The notes: generated by a model not told the origin, from the letters alone. Counted from the stretch's first letter, positions 1-9,551 are shown. The stretch: 64,000 bases of DNA from Gammaproteobacteria bacterium (GCA_013001685.1 JABDMD010000001.1:10101-74100); one strand, 5' to 3'. Numbers and translations are program-made.

Positions 1-1
1 T

Positions 2-361
2 TCTGAGTTAATTATGGATGGAAAACGCACAGGAAAGTATGCACCTGGCTTTGTGATCGGCGCACAATATGCCTACAAAGATTTATATTTAATTGTAACT
101 TCATGGAATTGCCCCTATGAAGAATCACAAGAATTCATATTATTATCAAATGACTTAACTGTGTTATGCAAAAAACATATCGGTCATATTTATTCCACTA
201 TTCTACTTGAAGGACATGAACCTGTCGCAGAAGATCAAGTGCTGTTTCATTGTAACGACGATATAGATATTCTTGTAACAGCAAAATCTGGTTTATTACA
301 CTCCTCTCCACCTTTTTTTACCACGCAAAAAATACGACGTGAGATTGTAACTGCCGTATAA
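2..361 (+). CDS. hypothetical protein, C-terminal part (gene starts upstream of window)
   Basis: ORF runs from the window edge in frame 2 (..SELIMDGKR..) to a stop at 359-361. No recognisable motif. Confidence 0.3.
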   Translation, partial: SELIMDGKRTGKYAPGFVIGAQYAYKDLYLIVTSWNCPYEESQEFILLSNDLTVLCKKHIGHIYSTILLEGHEPVAEDQVLFHCNDDIDILVTAKSGLLHSSPPFFTTQKIRREIVTAV

Positions 362-401
362 TCCGCTTTGTAGATTTCGTGCTTCTCAATCTAAGTGTAT
401 T

Positions 402-1376
402 ATGAAAATAATAATTCATATTCTAGTTTTTTTAGCATTATGCATTCTATTAGGCTGCGTAGCTATTACTAGACCAAGTCTGACAACATACAGCTCTTAC
501 AATCCTGAACATACAGTTTCCCCTGAAGCACTAAGTGCGCATGTGCAGTTCTTAAGTGAAACATGCTTACCTCGGGACCATGAAAATACTCTGAACCTAA
601 ACAAGGCTGCAAACTATATTGAAAATGCATTTTCTCAGAGTGCAGACCAGGTGGAATTACAAACTTATGTTGCAAATAACTATGAATATAAAAACGTGAT
701 TGGTTTCTATGGCCCCGAATCAGATGAAGTGTTCATAGTTGGCGCCCATTATGATGCATTCATGGATTTTCCAGGTGCTGATGATAATGCAAGTGGAGTA
801 GCGGGCTTAATCGAACTTGGGAAACTACTTAGCAAAGCATCTTTAGAATCTCAAATCATTTTAGTGGCGTATACATTAGAAGAACCACCCTATTTTAGAA
901 CAGAGAATATGGGTAGTGCTGTGCATGCTCAATCTTTAATTTCTAATAAAGTAAAGGTTAAATTGATGATTTCACTGGAAATGATTGGTTATTTTTCTGA
1001 AGTTGAAGGCACCCAGGAATTTCCTAATCCTATTATGCGTTTGCTTTATCCAGATCGAGGTAACTATATTGCTGTCGTTGACCAGATGTTTACCAATAAC
1101 GCGCACTCAATTAAACAAGCCATTAATACTTATACAGATTTACCTGCATATTCCATCAATGCGCCTAAATCTATACCTGGTGTCGATTTTTCAGATCACA
1201 TGAGCTATTGGAGTAATAGCTATCCTGCGGTAATGATCACAGACACTGCGTTTTATCGCAACAAGAACTACCACACGCCTGAAGATACGTATGATAAATT
1301 AAATTACGAAAAAATGAGCCAAGTTGTTTATGGTGTATTTAAATACTTACAAGACAATACTGATAAATCTAGTTAG
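402..1376 (+). CDS. M28-family zinc aminopeptidase, lipoprotein
   Basis: 324 aa. Signal peptide with lipobox (LLGC). M28 metal-ligand motifs (HYDAF, DDNASGVAG, EE pair). Confidence 0.7.
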   Translation: MKIIIHILVFLALCILLGCVAITRPSLTTYSSYNPEHTVSPEALSAHVQFLSETCLPRDHENTLNLNKAANYIENAFSQSADQVELQTYVANNYEYKNVIGFYGPESDEVFIVGAHYDAFMDFPGADDNASGVAGLIELGKLLSKASLESQIILVAYTLEEPPYFRTENMGSAVHAQSLISNKVKVKLMISLEMIGYFSEVEGTQEFPNPIMRLLYPDRGNYIAVVDQMFTNNAHSIKQAINTYTDLPAYSINAPKSIPGVDFSDHMSYWSNSYPAVMITDTAFYRNKNYHTPEDTYDKLNYEKMSQVVYGVFKYLQDNTDKSS

Positions 1377-1383
1377 TTAAAAT

Positions 1384-1833
1384 TTATTCAGACCAGGTTT
1401 TATAGTTTTTCTTCATTTCCTCAACCATATCTGGCAAAGACTGATTAGTTGCAATATTAAAAGAATCACCAAAATATTGTTTTAATCGTACCATCATCAC
1501 CTCAGCATCTATGTCAAAACATTCATCCAAACTCTCTCCTAGTCTTTTTGGATTCGGCTGAAGCTTTGGATCGGGCTGCACAATATTAAAAATAAATTGG
1601 ATTTCACGTCGGTATTGATTTGCGCGCACTTTAAGATCATCTTTTTCTATTTCTTTTTGCATGGGATCTTCAGATGGAAACATCCTGATCAAGATTTTAC
1701 CTATAAGCGCTGTGATAACTGATGAAATTATCAGCAATAGGTAAACCGAACCAAGTTGATATCGCTCGAAAACAAATAATAACCCTATCGTTATGGTAAA
1801 AAATAAGACTGCGTAGACTAGAACAGGATGCAT
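1384..1833 (-). CDS. hypothetical membrane protein
   Basis: 149 aa with two N-terminal hydrophobic helices; convergent with the peptidase gene. Confidence 0.4.
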   Translation of the reverse strand: MHPVLVYAVLFFTITIGLLFVFERYQLGSVYLLLIISSVITALIGKILIRMFPSEDPMQKEIEKDDLKVRANQYRREIQFIFNIVQPDPKLQPNPKRLGESLDECFDIDAEVMMVRLKQYFGDSFNIATNQSLPDMVEEMKKNYKTWSE

Positions 1834-1902
1834 AATTCTTGATTTTTTTTGTATAGTTCAATAACAATATTCAGTCACTAATATCATAAGCAGGAGAAAG
1901 GA

Positions 1903-2097
1903 ATGTTCACACCAATCAGAGTATTTTTTACGATTGCGGTGTTATTTTCACAATGTTTACATGCAGCGTCTGTAGAAGAGTATGTAAAAGTTTGCACCGA
2001 CAATCAAGGCAACAAGATGGGGCCTGAATTATGCAAATGTATGGGTAACAAAAGCAAAAATTTGACAGAAGAAGAGTTTGATTTTTTTACGCAATAG
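1903..2097 (+). CDS. small secreted Cys-containing protein, 5' part of a frame-split gene (see finding)
   Basis: Signal peptide MFTPIRVFFTIAVLFSQCLHA. The ORF stops just after a T7 run (2082-2088); the reading continues in the -1 frame to 2312. Confidence 0.45.
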   Translation: MFTPIRVFFTIAVLFSQCLHAASVEEYVKVCTDNQGNKMGPELCKCMGNKSKNLTEEEFDFFTQ

Positions 2098-2364
2098 CTG
2101 CAAAAGATCAAGAAAAAGTAAACAAAGGGCATGCCGCCTTAGATCCAAACCAGAAAGTAAATGTAATGCAACTAACCATGATGGGACCATCTAAGTGTGC
2201 AAACGAACTTGCAGCACAAAAAAATTCATCAAACACACAAAGCTCTTCTGAAAACGCATCAAGTGCAAGTTCATCTACCTCATCTGAAGCGGCAGATTCA
2301 GCTTCACAATAAAAACAATTAAGTAGAAGAACAGAGATCTCCTGCTCTCCTACTTTTAAGGACT

Positions 2365-2913
2365 TTAAGCAGCTTTTGCTGAGATATAACCCGGCTTACC
2401 ATTAATGGTTGCGGTACCGGTTACCTTAATGGGTCTTTGCAAAGTATCTAAGATCGGACACTGCGCTTCTACGGCATCTACTAACTGCCTAATCACTTCT
2501 TCGCTAGCTGGGCTTTCGATTATTGATTCATATGATAGGTCTTGAAAGCCTGGTGGAATACCTTTATCAGTTCCCATGCCAAATAAACCGTGCAAATCTA
2601 AGTTACCTTCAAGCTTCACTTTGTACGAAGTTAATTCAATGCCCATAGCAGATGCCAGTGCAGCATACATGATTCCTTGACAGGTACCTAAGGCTGTGAG
2701 TATTAAATCACCCGGGCTTTGCGCAGCATCGCCACCGCCAAATGCTTCTGGCTCATCTACTGGAACGGGCGGTAAATCACGTACTTGGGAAGTGCAATGC
2801 ACATCTCCATCCCAGTTTACTTCGGCACGATATTTTAATCGTGCAGATTTTGGATTATCAGTTATTGCAGCAGCCAAGCTATCGACAGCTGTTTTTACCG
2901 TGGCTTGTGACAT
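2365..2913 (-). CDS. OsmC/Ohr-family peroxiredoxin-like protein
   Basis: 182 aa. OsmC-like fold signatures (GGGDAAQSPGDLILTALGTC, C-terminal conserved Cys region). Confidence 0.65.
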   Translation of the reverse strand: MSQATVKTAVDSLAAAITDNPKSARLKYRAEVNWDGDVHCTSQVRDLPPVPVDEPEAFGGGDAAQSPGDLILTALGTCQGIMYAALASAMGIELTSYKVKLEGNLDLHGLFGMGTDKGIPPGFQDLSYESIIESPASEEVIRQLVDAVEAQCPILDTLQRPIKVTGTATINGKPGYISAKAA

Positions 2914-3090
2914 GAGCCCCTCCTATATAATTATTTTGTGGATATCGGTATGTAAGTTTGTTTTATTTTATTATCTCGACATGCAATTATACATTTTAAA
3001 ATTGCCAACTATTGGCTTATCTCTGATACAAGGCATACAAATTACTAATAGCAATTATAAGTAATCTGCAAAGCACAATAATTAACCAAG

Positions 3091-3807
3091 ATGTTAACGC
3101 TATATCAATTTCCTATTTCTCACTATTGCGAGAAAATACGTTGGGCGCTTGAATATAAAAATATTGAATATAAAAAGGTTAATTTACTACCGGGACTTCA
3201 CGCCAAAAAAGCAAATAAACTTACCTCTAACTTCTCCTTACCCATTCTCGTTCATGATAAAAAAGTAATTAACGAATCTAGTGAAATTATTAGTTATTTG
3301 GATCAAGCTTTTCCCGAAAACTCTCTTACTCCAGATGATCAGAATTTAAAACAAGAGGCTATGCAATGGGAGCAGTTTGCTGACGAGGAACTTGGTTCTG
3401 ATGTACGTCGTGTTTGCTATAACACCTTATTAAATCATCCAGATATCATCACTCCTTACTTTACAGAAAATGGCCCCTGGTATGGAAAGCTCTATATGAA
3501 AGTTACTTTTCCAAAATTATCACATACCATGCGAAAATTAATGAAGCTTGACGATACAACGGTTATACAAATCAACCAAAGACTTTCGCAGGCAATTGAA
3601 AAGGCTCACACACATATCAAAGATAAAGAATTTTTCGTAGGTAATTCTTTCACCCGCGCAGATCTTGCGGTAGCTTCCTTATTAGCACCGCTATGCAAAG
3701 TTAAAAACTATGGCATTGAGTGGCCAGAAAAATTTCCAGAGCCCTTACATAGCACTATCAGTGAATATGAGGATAAATTAGACTGGGTACATCGCATTTA
3801 TAACTAA
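3091..3807 (+). CDS. glutathione S-transferase-like protein
   Basis: N-terminal thioredoxin-fold GST motif (MLTLYQFPISHYCEKIRWAL..) and a C-terminal helical domain. Confidence 0.6.
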   Translation: MLTLYQFPISHYCEKIRWALEYKNIEYKKVNLLPGLHAKKANKLTSNFSLPILVHDKKVINESSEIISYLDQAFPENSLTPDDQNLKQEAMQWEQFADEELGSDVRRVCYNTLLNHPDIITPYFTENGPWYGKLYMKVTFPKLSHTMRKLMKLDDTTVIQINQRLSQAIEKAHTHIKDKEFFVGNSFTRADLAVASLLAPLCKVKNYGIEWPEKFPEPLHSTISEYEDKLDWVHRIYN

Positions 3808-3812
3808 TATCG

Positions 3813-4382
3813 ATGAAACGTTGCACTTGGGCTAAAACAAGCCCTGCGGGAAAAAAATATCACGATGAGGAATGGGGCATACCGCTACATGATGATCAAT
3901 TGCTATTTGAATTTTTAATTTTAGAAGGGGCACAAGCTAGATTGAGTTGGTCAACGATTTTAAATAAGCGAGACGGATACCGAAAAGCCTTTAATAACTT
4001 TGATGTTCAAAAAGTATCAAGTTACTCCGTAAAGAAAATTGACAAGCTACTCTTAAATCCGGCTATTGTACGTAATAAACTTAAAGTTAATGCAGCAGTT
4101 ACCAATGCAAAAGCCTTTTTGAAAACACAACAAGAATTCGGTAGTTTTAATAACTATATTTGGCAATTTGTAAACGACAAACCGATTCAAAACTCTTGGA
4201 AAAATGCACCACAAGTACCAGCCAGCACTACTGAATCTGATGCAATGAGCAAAGATTTAATGAAAAGAGCTTTCAAGTTTGTTGGTACTACAATCTGTTA
4301 TGCCTATATGCAAGCCATTGGCATGGTTAGTGATCATTCGGTTGGTTGTTTTCGCCATGCAATTGTTAAGAAGCTAGCTTAA
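3813..4382 (+). CDS. tag: DNA-3-methyladenine glycosylase I
   Basis: Tag signatures: CxWA..YHDEEWG, LFE.L.LEG.QAGLSW, and the C-terminal Cys/His zinc site. Confidence 0.8.
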   Translation: MKRCTWAKTSPAGKKYHDEEWGIPLHDDQLLFEFLILEGAQARLSWSTILNKRDGYRKAFNNFDVQKVSSYSVKKIDKLLLNPAIVRNKLKVNAAVTNAKAFLKTQQEFGSFNNYIWQFVNDKPIQNSWKNAPQVPASTTESDAMSKDLMKRAFKFVGTTICYAYMQAIGMVSDHSVGCFRHAIVKKLA

Positions 4383-4383
4383 G

Positions 4384-4695
4384 ATGCCTCTTACAATTTC
4401 ATTAAGAGTAGTTGCTGTAATTTTAATCGTTGCAGTAGCTTTACAATTCTATTTCTATAATCAATTTTTAGTTAAAACCATTATCGTTGCACATATACTT
4501 TTCCTCCTCAGCATTTTTAGTGACTCACACACTCAACGTATTGCTGTAATCTCCTTAGGACTAGCCATTGTGGTGCCAATTGGCGCTTGGCGCATGGTTG
4601 AAACTGGCTATGCAACACAAGGATTTTTTGTTTTGAATCTTATCGTCTTTTTGTATATTGCTTATGTTGCTTATCAAGCATTAACTAACAAATGA
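4384..4695 (+). CDS. small integral membrane protein
   Basis: 103 aa with 3 predicted TM helices; its stop overlaps the next start (ATGA). Confidence 0.4.
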   Translation: MPLTISLRVVAVILIVAVALQFYFYNQFLVKTIIVAHILFLLSIFSDSHTQRIAVISLGLAIVVPIGAWRMVETGYATQGFFVLNLIVFLYIAYVAYQALTNK

Positions 4696-5045
4696 AAAAT
4701 AGGATACTGTTTACAATTTTAATTACTGCAATAATATTACTTGCCATAGACCGTAGTGCTGCTTACTTTCATAAACCCAAACCTGATTCAACAGACATTG
4801 TTCTTTACACAACAGATTGGTGTCCTTACTGCAATAGCTTACGAATACACTTAGACACCTATAACATTCCATATACAGAACATGACATTGAAAAGTCCAT
4901 ATCAGGTATTGCGGGCTTCTGGGCGCTACGCGCCAGAGGCGTTCCAGTGTCAGTTATCGGTCCAAAGGTAGTATATGGCTATGATATCAATACAATTAAC
5001 CAGTCTTTAGTAGAATTAGGTTACAGCCCAACACTTTTAGACTAG
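4692..5045 (+). CDS. membrane-anchored glutaredoxin/thioredoxin-fold protein (CPYC)
   Basis: N-terminal TM/signal segment followed by a WCPYC active-site motif and glutaredoxin-like spacing. Confidence 0.55.
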   Translation: MKNRILFTILITAIILLAIDRSAAYFHKPKPDSTDIVLYTTDWCPYCNSLRIHLDTYNIPYTEHDIEKSISGIAGFWALRARGVPVSVIGPKVVYGYDINTINQSLVELGYSPTLLD

Positions 5046-5080
5046 CCTGCCAGCAAAGTAGCTCAGTCTTACTGATATAT

Positions 5081-5374
5081 ATGCATCAGTTAAATAATAA
5101 TTCCATCATTGAGTCTATCGGTGAATTTTTCTCCGAATTATCCCCGCAGGCTCTTGCTTTAATTGTCGGAATTTGCACTGCAGGTCTTTATGTAGTCGGT
5201 GGGTTACTCATAGCATTTATAGTTGGTTTACTAGCCTTGGGTGTTACCAAATTTGGCCCAATAATAACTAGTCTATGTGGTTTACTGCTTGCAGGATTTT
5301 CAATGTACGTCTTTTTCAAAGCAGTTCTTAATTATAAAAAGATAATACTGAGTTACGAAAATCATAACACTTGA
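5081..5374 (+). CDS. small integral membrane protein
   Basis: 97 aa with 2-3 TM helices. Confidence 0.4.
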   Translation: MHQLNNNSIIESIGEFFSELSPQALALIVGICTAGLYVVGGLLIAFIVGLLALGVTKFGPIITSLCGLLLAGFSMYVFFKAVLNYKKIILSYENHNT

Positions 5375-5383
5375 TAACTCCTT

Positions 5384-5902
5384 ATGACATCAATAGTAAT
5401 TTTCTTTATCGTTACCATTGCACTGGTCTGGGGTGTACTGATTTATAACAAACTCGTACATGATAGAAATACCTCGCTTGCGGCTTGGAGTGATATCGAC
5501 GTTCAACTTAAACGCAGACATGATTTGATTCCCAAGCTCATCGATGCTGTTAAACAGTACGCAAGTTATGAAAGCAGCCTACTAGAATCAGTAACTTCAT
5601 TACGCTCTCAAGCTAAAGCTATTAAAAAAATATCAGAACGAGAAAATGTAGAACGCGAATTACAAACTCAAGTACATAAACTCATCGCAGTAGCCGAAGA
5701 TTATCCTGAGCTCAAAGCAAACCAAAATTTTCTTGAACTACAGAAAGATATTTCAAATGTAGAAAATGATATTCAATACGCACGACGTTATTACAACGGC
5801 GCAGTACGAAACATAAATACACGCATCGATTCATTCCCTGATTTAGTTATTGCTCGATTTTTAAACTACAAATATCACGAATACTTTCAATTAGATGATT
5901 AA
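5384..5902 (+). CDS. lemA: LemA family protein
   Basis: N-terminal TM helix, then the conserved LemA region (YNKLV...W..ID.QLKRR.DLIP.L...VK.YA.HE...L..VT..R). Confidence 0.75.
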   Translation: MTSIVIFFIVTIALVWGVLIYNKLVHDRNTSLAAWSDIDVQLKRRHDLIPKLIDAVKQYASYESSLLESVTSLRSQAKAIKKISERENVERELQTQVHKLIAVAEDYPELKANQNFLELQKDISNVENDIQYARRYYNGAVRNINTRIDSFPDLVIARFLNYKYHEYFQLDD

Positions 5903-7835
5903 ATCACTCTCAAAATATACCTATATATGCTTAGTCTTAGTAATTAGCCACCACTGCTTAGCTGAGCATGCATTCTCTGCTGAAGAAATCTTATCTTTTG
6001 ATAGTCATATTCATATACATGAAGACTCATCAATGTCTGTAACTGAAAATATTACAGTTCGTGCAGAAAACAATAAAATAAACCGTGGCATATATCGGGA
6101 CTTCCCTACTAAATATGAAGGCAAACTTGGCAACAAGATCAAAGTGGGATTTGAAATTGTTGAAGTACTAAGAAATGGCAATTCTGAGCCTTTTCACACG
6201 AAAAAAATGAGCAATGGAATACGTATCTATGTAGGAGACAAAAATAGATATGTGAATCTGGGCGAGCATACTTACACCATTAAATATAAAACAAACCAAC
6301 AACTTGGTTACTTTGATCGCCATGATGAGCTTTACTGGAATGTAACCGGGAATGGTTGGGACTTTCCAATCCTTAATGCTAAAGCCAGTGTAATGCTGCC
6401 GGATTCAATTAAATCAAACGAGGTAAAATTGGAAGCCTATACAGGAGTTATGGGAAGCAAAGGCCAAAGTTATTACACAGATATTAGCTATTCTGGAAAT
6501 TATTTATTTTCAGCTAATCGTACTCTTGCAAGCAACGAAGGCTTAACCATCGTAGTTACTTGGCCTAAAGGGCATGTAAGCCAACCAAGTTTCATGCAAA
6601 AAGCCACTTGGTGGTGGCAAGCTAACGTTGATAATCCAATAAACTTACTTGGTTTCTTTGGTTTATTCTTTTTTTACTTAAGTGCATGGTGGAAACTAGG
6701 CAAAGACCCTGAGCCCGGTGTCATCATACCTCATTACCAACCACCTAAAGGTTTTCCTCCCGGTGGACTGCGCTACATAAATGAAATGGGACACGATAAA
6801 AAATCTTTTACCGCAGCTCTACTTAATCTTGCTGTAAAAGGATATCTGAAGATTGAAGAAGTTGGTAAGACTTATAAATTACAAAAATTAAAAAATACTG
6901 ATCTAAGATTACCACCTGGAGAAAAAGCTATTCACTCTAGCTTATTTGGAAATGCTGGACATTACATTGAGTTAAAAAATAGTAACCATGCAAAAATCTC
7001 TGCTGCTATATCTAAGCACAAAAGTGCTATAAAAAATGAATACAGTCAAAGTTACTTTATCTATAACCGAAAAATTCTTTATATTGGCATTCTTATCTCA
7101 GTCATTATTGCCGCATTTATTCTCTTTGGTTTAAAAAACGGTGAAGACAAAGGAGCCGCACTATTCCTCATGTTTTGGCTATCTATCTGGACACCAATAA
7201 CTGCTTTCTTAGTGCTAGGCTGGCTGAGCCTTTTTAAAACACGATTCACTATTGGAAAAGTTGTTGAACTGCCCGTAGCTACCATATTTGCCGGAGCTTG
7301 GACTACTGCTGAGCTAGGTGCCATAGTAGGATTGTGCTCAATAATAGGAGTTGCGAACGGCTTGGTATTAATTTCTTTATTCATCATTAATACCATTTTT
7401 TATTATTTACTTAAAAAACCAACACTGGAAGGAAGAAAACTATTAGATAAAACTGAAGGTTTCAAAAAGTACCTAGAAGTTGCTGAGCAAGAAGATTTAA
7501 ATCTTAAATACCCGCCTCAAAAAACACCTGAACTATTTGAAACTTATCTCCCGTATGCACTCGCACTAGGAGTAGAAAATCAATGGGCCGAGCAATTCAC
7601 CAATTTATTTAATTCACGAGGTGAACATAACGAATATCAACCTTCATGGTATAGTGGCAGTAATTGGAATAACAATAATTTAAACTCTTTCACAAATTCT
7701 GTAGGCAACTCACTTAACTCTGCTATCTCATCATCCTCTAAAGCACCTGGCTCATCTTCTGGCAGTAGCGGTTTTGGTGGCGGAGGTGGTTCCTCTGGCG
7801 GTGGCGGTGGCGGTGGCGGCGGTGGCGGCTGGTAG
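5895..7835 (+). CDS. DUF2207-like membrane protein with a Gly-rich C-terminal tail
   Basis: 646 aa: signal peptide, large extracytoplasmic domain, several TM helices, then a Ser/Gly-rich tail ending GGGGGGGGGGGW. Overlaps the lemA stop, the usual LemA partner arrangement. Confidence 0.6.
   Translation: MIKSLSKYTYICLVLVISHHCLAEHAFSAEEILSFDSHIHIHEDSSMSVTENITVRAENNKINRGIYRDFPTKYEGKLGNKIKVGFEIVEVLRNGNSEPFHTKKMSNGIRIYVGDKNRYVNLGEHTYTIKYKTNQQLGYFDRHDELYWNVTGNGWDFPILNAKASVMLPDSIKSNEVKLEAYTGVMGSKGQSYYTDISYSGNYLFSANRTLASNEGLTIVVTWPKGHVSQPSFMQKATWWWQANVDNPINLLGFFGLFFFYLSAWWKLGKDPEPGVIIPHYQPPKGFPPGGLRYINEMGHDKKSFTAALLNLAVKGYLKIEEVGKTYKLQKLKNTDLRLPPGEKAIHSSLFGNAGHYIELKNSNHAKISAAISKHKSAIKNEYSQSYFIYNRKILYIGILISVIIAAFILFGLKNGEDKGAALFLMFWLSIWTPITAFLVLGWLSLFKTRFTIGKVVELPVATIFAGAWTTAELGAIVGLCSIIGVANGLVLISLFIINTIFYYLLKKPTLEGRKLLDKTEGFKKYLEVAEQEDLNLKYPPQKTPELFETYLPYALALGVENQWAEQFTNLFNSRGEHNEYQPSWYSGSNWNNNNLNSFTNSVGNSLNSAISSSSKAPGSSSGSSGFGGGGGSSGGGGGGGGGGGW
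7774..7829 (+). repeat. GGY (Gly codon) microsatellite encoding a poly-Gly tail
   Basis: ggtggcgga ggtggt...ggtggcggtggcggtggcggcggtggcggc. Confidence 0.6.
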
Positions 7836-7873
7836 CCAAAATAACTAATCAAGCAATCTACCGAATAATAAGC

Positions 7874-8851
7874 ATGAACCCAGACCCTCGCCTCACTCAA
7901 CTGCACGAGTGGATAAAAGAAACCCTAGGCAATATTAAATATTCACTGACTGCAGTTTCTGGTGACGCCAGTTTTCGACGCTATTTTCGACTAGCAAGCA
8001 AAGACTATCTGTATATCGCAGTAGATTCCCCTCCTAAAAAAGAAAAAAATGAGGAATTTGTAAATGTAACTCATTTACTTGAAGCAGAAGGCCTACCTGT
8101 TCCTCATATCCACTATAGTTCTCTAGATTTTGGTTTTTTTCTACTTAGTGATTTAGGTGATGAGCTATTGTTAAACATACTGAATGAAAATAATGTCGAT
8201 GAGTTATACATCAAAGCACTTAATGCTCTTAGTATTATTCAACAAACACCAGCGACAAGTTTACCTTTGTATGATGAGCAACTGTTACTACAAGAAATGG
8301 AACTGTTTAGAGAATGGTTTTTAACTAAATACCTTTCTCAACAACTTACTAACAATGAAAATCAAATTTTAAGCGATACATTTAAAAACCTTGCAAATAA
8401 TGCATTACAACAGCCACAAGTATTTGTACATCGAGATTTTCACTCTCGCAATCTCATGCACATAAAAGGCAAATATCCTGGAATAATTGACCATCAAGAT
8501 GCAGTACTTGGCCCTATCACCTATGACCTGGTTTCTTTATTACGTGATTGTTATATTAAATGGCCTAACGAAAAAGTAATCGAATTTGCACTAAGCTTTT
8601 ATAAAAAAATTATAGACTGTGGAACAATTGAAAATATTGAAGAAAAAACATTTATAAAATGGTTTGACTTGATGGGCATACAACGGCACCTTAAAGCTAT
8701 AGGCATTTTTTCGCGCTTAAATATCCGCGATAACAAGCCTAACTATTTACAAGATATACCGCGAACCTTAAGTTATATAAAATCGGTTACGAAAAATTAT
8801 CCAGAAACGAATAAGTTGTCTGAAATCATAAATAATAAAGTAAATATTTAA
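7874..8851 (+). CDS. amgK: anomeric MurNAc/GlcNAc kinase (aminoglycoside-phosphotransferase fold)
   Basis: ASGDASFRRYFR signature and HRDFHSRNLM catalytic loop; immediately followed by a MurU-like nucleotidyltransferase, as in Pseudomonas. Confidence 0.65.
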   Translation: MNPDPRLTQLHEWIKETLGNIKYSLTAVSGDASFRRYFRLASKDYLYIAVDSPPKKEKNEEFVNVTHLLEAEGLPVPHIHYSSLDFGFFLLSDLGDELLLNILNENNVDELYIKALNALSIIQQTPATSLPLYDEQLLLQEMELFREWFLTKYLSQQLTNNENQILSDTFKNLANNALQQPQVFVHRDFHSRNLMHIKGKYPGIIDHQDAVLGPITYDLVSLLRDCYIKWPNEKVIEFALSFYKKIIDCGTIENIEEKTFIKWFDLMGIQRHLKAIGIFSRLNIRDNKPNYLQDIPRTLSYIKSVTKNYPETNKLSEIINNKVNI

Positions 8852-8858
8852 TACTGAA

Positions 8859-9527
8859 ATGAAATGCATGTTACTTGCTGCTGGTCTAGGTGAACGCCTA
8901 CGTCCCATTACAGACAAGATGCCCAAACCTTTAGTCGAAATCGCCGGCAAACCTCTAATTGAGTATCATCTAGAAAATTTAAAATCTGCTGGCTTTAAAG
9001 AAGTAGTTGTTAATCTCTCACATCTAGGCGAAATGATACAAAAACATCTCGGTGATGGTTCTCAATTTGATCTAGAAATAGAATACTCTCAAGAAGGCGT
9101 AGAACCGCTGGAAACTGCAGGTGGGATAATCCATGCTCTGCCGTTGCTAGGAAATACACCATTTTTAGTTCTCAATGCTGATATCTGGTGCGATCACTCA
9201 CTTTCCTTTGCAAACTTGTCTTTAGATAAGCTCGCTCACATCGTGCTTGTTGATAATCCCGCACACAATCCAAACGGTGACTTCGCGTATGAATTTGGGA
9301 AAGTTTATAACACAGGAGAAAACTTCCTTACCTTCAGTGGCATAGGCATATACCATCCTAAGTTTTTTAAAGAATTTACAAAAGGAAAGCGTGCTTTGGC
9401 GCCTATCTTACGTAATGCGATCGATCAAGAACTTGTCAGTGCAGAATATTTCACCGGTAAGTGGTTTGATATAGGTACCCATGTTCGATTGGCAGAAGCT
9501 GAAAACTATGTCTCAAAAATACATTAA
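8859..9527 (+). CDS. murU: N-acetylmuramate alpha-1-phosphate uridylyltransferase
   Basis: MKCMLLAAGLGERLRP..KPLV.IAGKPLIEYHL sugar-nucleotidyltransferase N-terminus; about 222 aa; paired with amgK. Confidence 0.65.
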   Translation: MKCMLLAAGLGERLRPITDKMPKPLVEIAGKPLIEYHLENLKSAGFKEVVVNLSHLGEMIQKHLGDGSQFDLEIEYSQEGVEPLETAGGIIHALPLLGNTPFLVLNADIWCDHSLSFANLSLDKLAHIVLVDNPAHNPNGDFAYEFGKVYNTGENFLTFSGIGIYHPKFFKEFTKGKRALAPILRNAIDQELVSAEYFTGKWFDIGTHVRLAEAENYVSKIH

Positions 9528-9551
9528 ACTCTTGTAAATAAATTATAGTTT

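Noticed and set aside
2696-3064. 122-aa + ORF overlapping the OsmC gene
   Set aside because: It overlaps a well-supported OsmC/Ohr CDS on the other strand and has no RBS.
5041-5075. tRNA-like D-loop motif AAGTAGCTCAGTC
   Set aside because: No acceptor stem, anticodon arm or GTTCGAATC-type T-arm follows, so it is just a small hairpin after the glutaredoxin-like gene.
7637-7906. 89-aa minus-strand ORF with a PPPPPPPPPPPPEEPPPPPKP tract
   Set aside because: It is the reverse complement of the GGY microsatellite that encodes the poly-Gly tail of the DUF2207 protein, so it is an antisense artefact of a repeat.
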